From the NCBI GenBank assembly GCA_016860985.1, contig BOKM01000001.1, positions 789,857-853,856 on the forward strand: a DNA stretch of 64,000 nucleotides, read 5' to 3'. Below, piece after piece: positions 35,864 through 45,684 of this stretch (the stretch's first letter is position 1; each line of letters starts with the position of its first letter). The notes below the pieces were generated by a model. The model was not told the DNA's origin. It was given only the letters and a program-made list of their open reading frames with translations, and did not search any database. The DNA is from Patescibacteria group bacterium (GTDB lineage Bacteria; Patescibacteriota; Dojkabacteria; GCA-002793355). The translations under genes were made by a program, and so were the position numbers.

Positions 35864-36970
35864 TTACGGAAGTGCTGGGTCTGTGGGGTTAAACACTTTA
35901 CTGACTGCGGGAGTACCAGTTGTGTCCGCAACTCCAACGATCATTGTCGCTTTTGGTTCCGAAGGAGGAAGTGGTGGTAATACTGTCGGTGTCTGTTTTG
36001 CTGTATCTTGAAGCTGTGGTGGGGCAACTGTTGTTACGGCTGGCTGAGGCGGAACTGCTGTCGGAGTAGCTATTGGAGCCTGCGCTTGTGGTAAAGGTGG
36101 GAGTGTTGTTGCGTTTGTTGGTTGACTTGGTGTTACTGGTTCTACCGCAACTTGTTGCTGCATTTGTTCCGTATTCGAACTGGTGGCTGGCATATCTACT
36201 GGAGGTTGCGCTGATACTGGTGCGGATGCAACTGAGGGCACAGTTACGACTTCTGGGAGTGGTGCGGGCATTGTCGATTCAGGAGTTGGGGGCGCCGGTG
36301 CTGTGGTAATCGGTGTTACCTCTGCAACAACAGGGGCAATCACTTCTGAAACTGCACTTGTTGTGGTATTTGGTTGTACCGGGGCGGGTGTTGCCGCTGC
36401 TTGCACAGTTGTATCTGGTGCAGTTGGTGTTTGTGCCGTAGGAGCAGCAACTTGCGCAACTATTTTTGCCGGATCAGGTTTTAAAGTTTGATAGGGATAA
36501 TCGTTATTGAGTGTTTGCTTCATAACTTCTGTATGAATTGTGTCTGGAGTAACATAATCATGAAGGGTCCTTTTTCTGTCAGAAGTATCCGCTAACAGAT
36601 CTTGTGGAGAGCCGGTTTGACTGGTAGTTGGTGCAGGAGTTTGGGTGTTTGCTACAGGAGTTGGAGCTGGTGGAGTTGTAGTCGAAGGAGCTGGAGTGGT
36701 CGGAATAGTCGGTTGAGGAGCTGTTGCTGCGACGTTTGGATCTATCGGCGTTTCAACTTTTTTCTCTGTTTCTTTTGCTGTTTTTGGTGCTGGTCCACCT
36801 AGTACCCACATAATTGCCCATCTCAGTAAAACAAGAAAGACAAGAAGAAGTGAGAGTCCGATAATCCAGATGACTTGTTTTTCGGTAATATCTCTTCCAC
36901 CCAATGATACGACGGCTTTGTCACTTTGTGTCATATCAACGAGCTTAAACCAAAAATCTGTGGGGTTCAT
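35864..36970 (-). CDS. membrane-anchored Pro/Thr/Ala-rich low-complexity protein
   Basis: N-terminal TM, then P/T/A-rich repeats such as PAPTPVANTQTPAPTT; antisense ORFs here are compositional artefacts. Confidence 0.5.
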   Translation of the reverse strand: MNPTDFWFKLVDMTQSDKAVVSLGGRDITEKQVIWIIGLSLLLVFLVLLRWAIMWVLGGPAPKTAKETEKKVETPIDPNVAATAPQPTIPTTPAPSTTTPPAPTPVANTQTPAPTTSQTGSPQDLLADTSDRKRTLHDYVTPDTIHTEVMKQTLNNDYPYQTLKPDPAKIVAQVAAPTAQTPTAPDTTVQAAATPAPVQPNTTTSAVSEVIAPVVAEVTPITTAPAPPTPESTMPAPLPEVVTVPSVASAPVSAQPPVDMPATSSNTEQMQQQVAVEPVTPSQPTNATTLPPLPQAQAPIATPTAVPPQPAVTTVAPPQLQDTAKQTPTVLPPLPPSEPKATMIVGVADTTGTPAVSKVFNPTDPALP

Positions 36971-37066
36971 ATAGGCAGCACTGCAATATTAGCTATCTAG
37001 TATAGCAGATACCCTATCTCTGCGCAGGTGTCACACTTTGTCCTTAAGTGCGTTATATAATGAGGG

Positions 37067-37615
37067 ATGAACAATTCTGACTTGATTGCCCTCTGCATTC
37101 GCATGCAAAACGGCGATCAGTCGGCCTTTGAAACACTCTACACTACTTGTTATGTGCCTTTGTTTCGGTTCGTTTACGGAATAACTGGCGGGAATCGTGA
37201 CGAGGCAGAAGATATAACGCAACAAGCTTTTTTGCGCGTAGGAAAGGCCATTAGCACGTTTAAAACCCATGAAGGGAATTTTGTTGGGTGGCTCTACTCT
37301 ATTGCACGTCATCTTGTATATGACCAAGCAAGAAGGAATAAACGCCTTATTGTCTTTAATGAGTCACACGAAGAAGTGCCTGCAGAAACAGATGCTCCTG
37401 AAGCAGTTGTGTTACAGAAGGAACAGGCTACACTACTAAACTCTGCGCTTAGCGCACTCTCGCTTCATGAACAGGAGTTGCTTTTGCTTAGATATTGGAA
37501 CGATTTTGATGCAAAGCAAATCTCGCTTATCGTAGGAAAAACTCATGTCGCCGTTAGAAAAGAATTAAGCAGGGCTTTACAAAAATTAAGAAGAAAAATA
37601 AATGAACAAAGTTAA
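37067..37615 (+). CDS. ECF-type RNA polymerase sigma-70 family factor
   Basis: Region 2 (FLRVGKAISTF ... WLYSIARHLVYD) and region 4 HTH (LLLLRYWNDFDAKQISLIVGKTHVAVRKEL). Confidence 0.8.
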   Translation: MNNSDLIALCIRMQNGDQSAFETLYTTCYVPLFRFVYGITGGNRDEAEDITQQAFLRVGKAISTFKTHEGNFVGWLYSIARHLVYDQARRNKRLIVFNESHEEVPAETDAPEAVVLQKEQATLLNSALSALSLHEQELLLLRYWNDFDAKQISLIVGKTHVAVRKELSRALQKLRRKINEQS

Positions 37616-38102
37616 ATCATCAAAAATAAGGGAGCTCTTTCGGGCCTCGATGCCGAATGACCTGCCAAATGAGGACCGCGCATTTGAAGTACTTCAGAAC
37701 TTCTCTCGAACAATTGTCACACAACGTGGTAAAGTTCGTATATTAGATAAACTCAAACAGATATTAGGTATGGACACAAAAGGAATCACAATGGCGCTAA
37801 AACTTGCAGCCTTTATTACTGTAATAACACTTGTAGCTGTAATCGCTCGTGGTGCGGGGGTACTGGATACTAAAAAACCAGACGAACAAGCACAAGTTAC
37901 CCCAACACCAACTGTTACGCCTTCGATAACTGTTCTTCCAACTCAAATTGCAACAAAAGAAGATATTGATGCATTCTCCTCTGAACTGGAAGAAACGGTA
38001 AAGGAACTAGAATCTCTTGATGCAGAACTTGCAGAACTCGAAAAATCCTTCTCTTCAACCGAGATTGATACATTAAGTAAAGAATTAGATTCATTAAATT
38101 AA
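37602..38102 (+). CDS. putative anti-sigma factor-like single-TM protein with coiled-coil C-terminus
   Basis: Overlaps the sigma gene by 14 nt; TM helix LAAFITVITLVAVIA; position typical of an anti-sigma factor. Confidence 0.4.
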   Translation: MNKVKSSKIRELFRASMPNDLPNEDRAFEVLQNFSRTIVTQRGKVRILDKLKQILGMDTKGITMALKLAAFITVITLVAVIARGAGVLDTKKPDEQAQVTPTPTVTPSITVLPTQIATKEDIDAFSSELEETVKELESLDAELAELEKSFSSTEIDTLSKELDSLN

Positions 38103-38119
38103 TTAACCAAATTATTATT

Positions 38120-38881
38120 ATGAAAAAACAAATACTTATTGTCGCGAGTGCAGTGGTATTCTCCCTCACCCCGATATCAATCGTTCATGCCCAGGATTCG
38201 ACACCAACTCCGACCACAACAGTATCAGTAACACCTACACCAACAAGAGCCAGAGCACAAAATCAGTTCCAAGAAAGGATCGATGCGGCAAAAGCGGCTT
38301 CACTTGAGAAGGCAAAGACAATCGCTCTCAATATTTTTGATAAGCATTTTTTGAACAAATTGAACGAATTGAGAGCCAAGGTTTCCGCAAACACAATGAT
38401 TGGTGATGAGGCAAAACAAGCGATGCTCGCCAAAATTGATCAAGAACTTACATGGTTTACTGAAAAGAAAAATGCAGTTTCTGCTGCCACTACAATTCCT
38501 GCAATTCGAACAATCGTAAAAGATGCACGTGTTCGCTTCTTACAATTAGGAAAAGAACTGAGAAGGCTCCATATTGCAAAAGGATTTGTAACTTCACTTG
38601 AAAAAGTTATTACCAATATTGAAAAGAATATCCTCCCGAAAGTCGAAGAAAAACTAAATGAGCTTTCGGCAAAAGGTGTGGATATCACTGCCGAAAACGC
38701 TTTACTTGCAAAAGCAAAAACAGAACTAGCAGCTGCAAAAACAGAACTGGCAGAGATCAGAAATAGTACAACCTACGAGATCGCCAAAAAGAATTATGAC
38801 GAAGCGAAAGAGCATTTAAAGAATGTGCGAGTAGTTTTGCGCCAAATTCTTGAAAACCTAAAAGCAAAGATCTCGGTTTAA
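38120..38881 (+). CDS. secreted coiled-coil protein
   Basis: Signal peptide ending VHA-QD; heptad-rich. Confidence 0.4.
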   Translation: MKKQILIVASAVVFSLTPISIVHAQDSTPTPTTTVSVTPTPTRARAQNQFQERIDAAKAASLEKAKTIALNIFDKHFLNKLNELRAKVSANTMIGDEAKQAMLAKIDQELTWFTEKKNAVSAATTIPAIRTIVKDARVRFLQLGKELRRLHIAKGFVTSLEKVITNIEKNILPKVEEKLNELSAKGVDITAENALLAKAKTELAAAKTELAEIRNSTTYEIAKKNYDEAKEHLKNVRVVLRQILENLKAKISV

Positions 38882-39041
38882 TAATCGTTCCTTCTCGTAA
38901 AGCCGCATTTTTTTGTCGCGTGAAAACCCAACCGCTAGATAGCGGGTTGTAAGTTTCCTTGGCGGAATGCGTAGCTATATAGTGCCCAGTAGAACGTAAG
39001 CTTTGCTTGTGGCGTAGTCTCAAACGCGTAAAACGGGGAAT

Positions 39042-40529
39042 TTATGACTTGACGCGTCCCATTTGCGGGAAGAACACGGTTTGTCGCATCGGTTTGTCGA
39101 CCATGAAAGAGAAAAGTCTTTCTCCCATACCAAAGCCTGTTGTTGGTGGCATGCCGTATTCCAACATTTCGACAAAATCGTAGTCAATCATCTGTGCTTC
39201 GCTATCGCCGGCGTCGCGCATTGCTTGTTGTTTAAGGAATCGGTCTAGTTGGTCTGGTGGGTCGATAAGCTCGGTGTAGCCGTTTCCTAATTCACTACCG
39301 GCAATAATTACATGGAATCGTTCGGTAACCGTTGGGTTCGCGTCGCTCACTCGTGCGAGTGGTGAGACAATGGTTGGTTCGTTAATCAAAAAGACTGGAC
39401 CTGCCATGCCTACGCGGATCTGCTTCCATAATAAATCAGAGAGTCGCTCGCGGTTCGCATTCTCTTCAAATCGCGCTTTCCGCTCGCTCAAACAATTCTT
39501 CATCTCCTGTTCTGTTGCCTTTAATACGTTGATCCCAAGGTTCTTTTCTATTGTTTCAACGTAATCTATGAACTCCCATTCTTTGTCAAAATCTACTTCG
39601 TGCCCTCGCATAGAGAAAGTCGATTTGTTAAAGACAGTTTTTGCAATATATCGGTACATATTCTTGACGAGTTCCATATTGTCCCAGTAATTTGCGTATG
39701 CCCAATAGAACTCCATGTTCCAAAACTCTTGCAAATGCTCGTCGTCAATTCCTTCATTTCTAAAGTTTGGTCCAATTTCGAATACTTTTTCGTAGCCACC
39801 ACCAATGAGTCTTTTAAGATGCAGTTCTGGCGAGATTCGTAGATAGAAGTCTTCGTCTAGTGCGTTGTGGTGAGTGGTAAAGGGGTTTGCATCAGCTCCA
39901 CCCGTGGTTTCTTCCATAATTGGCGTTATTACTTCGGTAAATCCTTCTCCAATCATGAAATCTCTAATCGCTTTCCAGAAAAGTGATTTTTTCATAAACA
40001 TATCGCGAAGATCACTATCGGTCACTAAATCAAGGTAACGCTTACGAAGTTTTGTTTCTGTATCTTGTAGCCCGTGGAATTTTTCAGGCATTGGACGAAC
40101 TGACTTTGAAAGAATTGTGTACGAAGTTACCATAACGGAGATCTCCCCTGTTTTGGTTTTACCAACGGTGCCTACTGCTTGGACGTAATCTCCGATATCA
40201 AGAAGATTCATTTGGTCGTATGTAAGCGGCTTATTGGAAAATTTTGGACTACTCTGCTCTACCGTTACGTCTGATTCTTTAAAAAATAACTGAATACGTT
40301 CTGATTCGTCTTGGATGGTGGCAAACGCTATTTTACCGATGTTTCTAAGAAGAAAGATTTTTCCGACAACGGTAACCTGCTGCCCTTCTACCTTTTCGTA
40401 ACTAGACTTGATTTCAGCTGCCTTGTGGGTCCTGAAAGTATCGGCTTTTGCGGAAACATAAGGACTAACCCCAAGTTCCCGAAGTGTTTGGATTTTTTGA
40501 ATCCTTGTTTGGCGTATATCGTCTAGCAT
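39042..40529 (-). CDS. lysS: lysyl-tRNA synthetase (class II)
   Basis: OB-fold N-terminus, motif 2 GPNFRNEGIDDEHLQEFWNMEFYWAY, motif 3 region; 495 aa. Confidence 0.9.
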   Translation of the reverse strand: MLDDIRQTRIQKIQTLRELGVSPYVSAKADTFRTHKAAEIKSSYEKVEGQQVTVVGKIFLLRNIGKIAFATIQDESERIQLFFKESDVTVEQSSPKFSNKPLTYDQMNLLDIGDYVQAVGTVGKTKTGEISVMVTSYTILSKSVRPMPEKFHGLQDTETKLRKRYLDLVTDSDLRDMFMKKSLFWKAIRDFMIGEGFTEVITPIMEETTGGADANPFTTHHNALDEDFYLRISPELHLKRLIGGGYEKVFEIGPNFRNEGIDDEHLQEFWNMEFYWAYANYWDNMELVKNMYRYIAKTVFNKSTFSMRGHEVDFDKEWEFIDYVETIEKNLGINVLKATEQEMKNCLSERKARFEENANRERLSDLLWKQIRVGMAGPVFLINEPTIVSPLARVSDANPTVTERFHVIIAGSELGNGYTELIDPPDQLDRFLKQQAMRDAGDSEAQMIDYDFVEMLEYGMPPTTGFGMGERLFSFMVDKPMRQTVFFPQMGRVKS

Positions 40530-41448
40530 GAGGGATTATAGCCCAAATTGGGTGCTAAGACTAGACATTCCGATTTTTAAGGAGTATAATTACTATAAGA
40601 TGGCACCAAAATCAAATAAAAACAAAACCACCCCACCCGCCCACATCGGAAGAATGGAGCTTGCCCAGATTGAAAAATTGTCTCCGAAAGCTGCGGTAAG
40701 TGAGGTCATGAGACATGAAATTGTTCGATCTACTTCAGAGTTGGTTTTTGCGGCACTTGCTGATGTAGCAATCGATGGTTCACAAAAATTAACGACCAAA
40801 TTTGTCCCAGAACCAGTAAAAACACCACTTCGTGTTGGATTAGAACTAGCCGAAGCAAAATTTGAGCACGAAAAAGCAGATGAACAAGGTGCAGAACATG
40901 ATGAAAATATGAAGCTTGTAATTGGCAAAATGCTCGGAATGTACAAGCAAACCTTGGAGGATCATAAAGAGGATAAAGACTTTGATGTGAAAAAACTAAA
41001 GCGAAGTATGAGAAAACTTCAATACCTTGATGCTTGGTATCATAACGATGTCAAAAGACTCGACTTTATGAAAGATACGTGGAAGCCCGTTACCGCTGCA
41101 GTCAATTGGTTAATTACAATGGCTGATAAACAAGTTATTCAAAAAATCAAAAAAGCGGCACTTGAGGTAGGCGATTGGCTTCCGTTAGCTTGTCCAGAAT
41201 CAATAATGGAAGTATATCGAATTTCGCAGGCAAAAATTGTTATGGACCTCTTTAATGAGCATCCTGATGTTACAAAAGAAGAAGAGATTCATTTCCCTGT
41301 AAGCTTGTTTAAAGATATGTATGAGTTGCAACGCTTGAGGATTAAAGCCATGGCAAAGAGTTTTTCTCTTACAGGTATGGCAGAAGCTTATGCAAAACAG
41401 GCACCAAAAACAACGAAAAAGTGGTCAGCCGCGCCAGCAGCTGCATAG
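40528..41448 (+). CDS. hypothetical protein (true start probably the internal MAPKSNK)
   Basis: ORF; TATAAT box 8 nt upstream of the internal ATG suggests a leaderless transcript. Confidence 0.35.
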   Translation: MRDYSPNWVLRLDIPIFKEYNYYKMAPKSNKNKTTPPAHIGRMELAQIEKLSPKAAVSEVMRHEIVRSTSELVFAALADVAIDGSQKLTTKFVPEPVKTPLRVGLELAEAKFEHEKADEQGAEHDENMKLVIGKMLGMYKQTLEDHKEDKDFDVKKLKRSMRKLQYLDAWYHNDVKRLDFMKDTWKPVTAAVNWLITMADKQVIQKIKKAALEVGDWLPLACPESIMEVYRISQAKIVMDLFNEHPDVTKEEEIHFPVSLFKDMYELQRLRIKAMAKSFSLTGMAEAYAKQAPKTTKKWSAAPAAA

Positions 41449-41739
41449 AGATAGTATATTGACAGTCCCATAGTATTTTGTTATAATTCTATACTGCTCT
41501 TTAACATAGGTATCTCTCCCAAACTTCAGAAGAAAATGTGTGGCGTCCTTGAAGATTCTTTCAAGAACTCTTCCATTCTCTTTTGCATGAGCAAAGAGAA
41601 TAGCTCGTTAAAGATATAGTGTGGCCTTTTTTCCTTTCTTTGTTCAGTTTTCGCAATTGATCTGCTTTCATGTCGTAAGGCGGATGGAGTGCGAAAATTG
41701 TGGCAAAATTGACCTTAAGGTCAGAAAGGAGAAACACCA

Positions 41740-41924
41740 TGGATTCTATCCTGAGCGCAATTTGGCAACTACTGGTTCGGCTCTGGAAAGGCTTTTGGAA
41801 GATCATTCGGCGCATACTCGGTGTGTTATTTACCTTGTTTGTGCTTGCTCTCCTCAAGTTCCTTTTCGAAGTCGGGATAATCCTGTGGCTAGTTAAATTG
41901 CTTCTGCTGAACGATGGTGGATAG
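41740..41924 (+). CDS. small (61 aa) membrane protein
   Basis: GAAAGGAGAAACACC-ATG SD; two hydrophobic helices; three overlapping ORFs in the ORF track collapse onto this one. Confidence 0.4.
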
Positions 41925-42310
41925 CCACACATGCTGGGCGGCGATAGACTGAGAAGATTTTTTGAACCTCCGTTCACTCTTCTCTTTCTCTCCCCGCCCA
42001 GCAATTCCACCTTTCATCTAGAAAATGAAAGTTTCTATTCATTAGAGATTTTCATGTTTTAGATGCGTAAGCTCTAGAACAGATCGTTAAAAACTGTTTG
42101 ATCGTTTGCGGATGAATGGCTGCCTTCGGGTAAGCGCTCTCTAAGAACATAAATCAAACAACCGGTGAAGAAAGAGATATTTGGGAAGGTGCTTTTCTCC
42201 ACGTATTGAGTTGCAAAGTAATTTGCGATTGACCACGTGGAGTAAAGTCACAACGCGAAAGCGTTCCCGGCCCGTTAGGGTAATAGTGACCATTTGAAAC
42301 TCGTCAACCA

Positions 42311-42991
42311 ATGGAGGTTACGATGAAGAAATACAAGTACGTGTTCGTAGTCGGATTGGTGTTCTCCTTGCTGGTGTCAGCATGCTCCCTCGGGGCATCG
42401 CAGACTCCTGCTGAAGCGACACCCACTGCAATGGAGGCCCCCGCAACGGCGCCTGTCAGTGAGACCGCAAGTGTTGCGAATGGTTCACCGATTGAGGGGG
42501 CTCCGTCCGAAAGCTATCTGCAAAACCTGCAGGCGGCTGACACGGTAGAGTTGCTTTCCCCCAATCAGATTTTCCGGCGGGCAGATGATGAGAATGGGGT
42601 GTTCCACTGGGTCCTGGCTTCAGGCGGTCTCTACGACTTGCCCGTTTGCCATCAGGTCCCCCCCATCGAGGATTACTGTGCCAAGAAGACCTGGCGGTAC
42701 TTCCTCATCGACAATGGCTATCTTGCTGGACCAGGCGCGGGGACTGCACATTTGAATACCTTCACGGATATTCAAGCGTTGCTGACCGCACAGGGCTACG
42801 AGCCAGACGATATTGTGAAGGTCTTACACTCCCCCTTCCTCCACGCAACGGGATTCAATCCCCTGCATCCTGGAGAAGGACGGGTCAAAGTGTCAGACTT
42901 AAGCAAGTTGTCGGGCTCCGGCTTTGTCTTCACGTTCGCCATGGATGAAACAATCCCTCTCTGGGACCCATCTATTAACTACGGCGAGTGA
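42311..42991 (+). CDS. lipoprotein of unknown function, in a GC-rich patch
   Basis: Lipobox LLVSAC-S; local GC about 55 percent against an AT-rich background. Confidence 0.5.
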   Translation: MEVTMKKYKYVFVVGLVFSLLVSACSLGASQTPAEATPTAMEAPATAPVSETASVANGSPIEGAPSESYLQNLQAADTVELLSPNQIFRRADDENGVFHWVLASGGLYDLPVCHQVPPIEDYCAKKTWRYFLIDNGYLAGPGAGTAHLNTFTDIQALLTAQGYEPDDIVKVLHSPFLHATGFNPLHPGEGRVKVSDLSKLSGSGFVFTFAMDETIPLWDPSINYGE

Positions 42992-43101
42992 AGGCTGTTT
43001 CCATCAAGGTTCCTCTGCGTCGAGTTTTTTCTCTACTCTTAACCGGATCTCCGGACATTGCAAAACAGTGTCCGGAGTGAACCTTTTTTCTTTTCAAAAA
43101 T

Positions 43102-45684
43102 TTGCCGTACAATCCTATTATGAAAGCAGTACTTCGTTTACTTCCGCTATTTGTCTTTCTTTTTGCCGTTCTATTCGCATTTATTGGAATTCAGAATCTT
43201 CCGCTTGGTATGCACTATGACCAAATGAGGTACATTGTTGCTCCTGAGCAACAAATACTTGGTCTGTTTTCGCGTTTTTCACTCAGAGAAACGGTAGCGA
43301 ATCTTTTGTTACTTGGATATCAATCGGCAATAGTTGCAGAATATGCAAGATTTGTTAATAATCCACAGCTTTTATTGCTTATACCTCGTATTGTTACGGC
43401 TATCTTTTTCGTGCTTTCCTCAATGGTATGGTATTCAATAACCCGGGAACTCGATTTGTCCGCAAAAGCGAGAGCATTTTTTACCGTTGTATTACTAACC
43501 GGCGGACTGTTCCTCGTATACTCAAAATTCCTTCCCATGCTTGGTGCTTATTTATTTTTTATTTCGATGTTCTGGTACTTCCTTATCAGATACGAAAATA
43601 CCAATTTTAGTACATCGCATCTCATCTTGGCTGGAGTATTCGCTGTATTTTCTCTCTATACTCATGCGATGGCAGTCTTTGTCGTTGGATTTTCACTGAT
43701 AGCATGGTTTTCAAAATACATATTTGTAAAGTCAAAAAGAATCATTTTACTCAACAACTTGCCCAAAAAAGAGTGGCTCATTTTTGCTATAGCGCTTTTT
43801 TCATTGCTGCTTTTTCCTCTCTTTTCTACACTTGTAACTCCAGACCCAAATATTAGTGGTAAAGATGAGTTTACGATTTTTTACTTGCTAAAGCACGGAG
43901 AGTTTAAATATGCTGCAGAGACAGCAGGAATAAGACTCGTCACATATGTGAATCCTCAATTTCTCGTAGCTGGTGGTCCAATGGCTGGAGCCAGCACCTC
44001 AACTGATCTCTATACAACCGCTAATATCAAGAATCCAGAAGCAAATGCGTTTCTGTTAACAAATATCTCTCCCTTCGGGTATGTGACACTCGCACTATTT
44101 CTCGCTTTTCCTTTTTATATACTATCGAATAAATCAGTTGCGGCTTCTTTTTGGAGATTCCTTGTGCTTGTATACCTACTTTCTGCGATTATTCCAAACT
44201 TTGATAACCCATCACTTGCTCGATTACTTCCACTCTACCTCCTCATTCCACTCGGGCTTGCCATAATTTGGGATGAAGTTGAGAGAGAAAAAAAGCTAAA
44301 ACGGAATATTCTTACAGCATTACTTTTGATATTGTTGATTGCCTCTTCTGCGGGAAATTTATTTGCAGTTTATGGTTTTCCCTATAAAAAAAGTGATTCG
44401 AAAAAATTCGATACTCTTATAGTACAAGCCCTTCCCTTCATGCTCGGAAACGAACTCGCGAGTAAGGAAGTTGTTTTAGATAACAAGGCGTGGAATAGTC
44501 AGAATACATTACAGTATCTCTTCTCTCCTTATATAGTTGAAAATACAATCAAGGCAAATGGGATAGAGACAATCTCTTCAGAAATCCTATCAAAACGGAC
44601 TGTATTTACCAACGCTTTTCCTAACAACGAAATAACAAGGGAAAGAAAAGTATTATCTTTTAGCAATGAATTCTCTTCAGATTCTTTGTATGTTGTTTAT
44701 GATTCAGCGATAAATGCATGTCGGGCATACCCAACATCCCAAACTGTTTACATCGAGAAAACGGTAACGCCACAATTTAAAGGTAACGAAGAGTTTTTGC
44801 AGGTTGGATATGAATACCGAGAATCGATAGACAAGAACTGGCTGAGAGTTAACGACAGGAAGACCGCAGAATATGCATTTATATCCCCAACAAAAGATGA
44901 CTTACTGAAGTTGCCTATGCTTACTGAAAAAGTATTAAATGATAGTGATTTTGTTGTGAGCAATAATGGAAAAAGGAAAAATGACCATAATTATGAATTT
45001 ACAATTAAACAACAGCCTGAATCGTTAGTCGTTTATTTCAGACAAATTCCAAAAGGAACCTTCAGAACAACATTTACTGTCAGAACAAATGATACTGCGA
45101 CTTTTGATGCTGTACTTCTTGACGGTGCTGATTCCCGATTGCCATATATAGATCAAAAAATCGGAAATGCTTACAGTTATGTGTTTTCTGTAACTGATAC
45201 CTCAGATGTTCGTTTGATATTGGGTGGATATTTTACGAGCTATTTACTAGATAGTGAGAAGCATTTCGGAACACTCTCCGTGGAGAATACGAAACTTTTT
45301 ACAATTTCAAATGAAGTTCTTGTTAATGTCCCTCGAGCTAACCTGCCTGGTGAAGCAAAGTCACCACTCACTGTATCCTTAGCAAAGAAGTCAAATAGTT
45401 ATGAAATATCTGCCCCTGATTCATCTCTTGGTGATGATATGATTGTATCCTGTCCAATCCTCTATTCCCCTTGGATTAACGTGAAAACCTCAAGTGGAGA
45501 GATTGAAAATCCAATTCGGGTAAATGGTAATGGTGTTGGTGTGCACGTTTCAAGCGGAGAAACTGCGTCACTTGAGTTTTCGTTTCCCCTTGGGTTTATG
45601 TTGTTGGGAGGGTTGTATGTCACTATGCTTATGACACATACATTCCTTATCGCGATTCGCCCACTACCTCAGAATAGAGACTAA
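43102..45684 (+). CDS. large polytopic membrane protein with about 450-aa extracytoplasmic C-terminal domain (GT-C fold / ArnT-PMT-like candidate)
   Basis: About 12 N-terminal TM helices and extended loops; located in a glycosyltransferase cluster. Confidence 0.4.
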   Translation: MPYNPIMKAVLRLLPLFVFLFAVLFAFIGIQNLPLGMHYDQMRYIVAPEQQILGLFSRFSLRETVANLLLLGYQSAIVAEYARFVNNPQLLLLIPRIVTAIFFVLSSMVWYSITRELDLSAKARAFFTVVLLTGGLFLVYSKFLPMLGAYLFFISMFWYFLIRYENTNFSTSHLILAGVFAVFSLYTHAMAVFVVGFSLIAWFSKYIFVKSKRIILLNNLPKKEWLIFAIALFSLLLFPLFSTLVTPDPNISGKDEFTIFYLLKHGEFKYAAETAGIRLVTYVNPQFLVAGGPMAGASTSTDLYTTANIKNPEANAFLLTNISPFGYVTLALFLAFPFYILSNKSVAASFWRFLVLVYLLSAIIPNFDNPSLARLLPLYLLIPLGLAIIWDEVEREKKLKRNILTALLLILLIASSAGNLFAVYGFPYKKSDSKKFDTLIVQALPFMLGNELASKEVVLDNKAWNSQNTLQYLFSPYIVENTIKANGIETISSEILSKRTVFTNAFPNNEITRERKVLSFSNEFSSDSLYVVYDSAINACRAYPTSQTVYIEKTVTPQFKGNEEFLQVGYEYRESIDKNWLRVNDRKTAEYAFISPTKDDLLKLPMLTEKVLNDSDFVVSNNGKRKNDHNYEFTIKQQPESLVVYFRQIPKGTFRTTFTVRTNDTATFDAVLLDGADSRLPYIDQKIGNAYSYVFSVTDTSDVRLILGGYFTSYLLDSEKHFGTLSVENTKLFTISNEVLVNVPRANLPGEAKSPLTVSLAKKSNSYEISAPDSSLGDDMIVSCPILYSPWINVKTSSGEIENPIRVNGNGVGVHVSSGETASLEFSFPLGFMLLGGLYVTMLMTHTFLIAIRPLPQNRD

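Noticed and set aside
36073-36802. Three plus-strand ORFs antisense to the Pro/Thr-rich gene. The same pattern occurs at 51187-51453 (antisense to the TP repeat) and at 54151-54423
   Set aside because: Low-complexity GC-rich coding repeats keep the opposite strand open. The translations are Gly/Val/Trp/Arg-rich nonsense typical of antisense artefacts.
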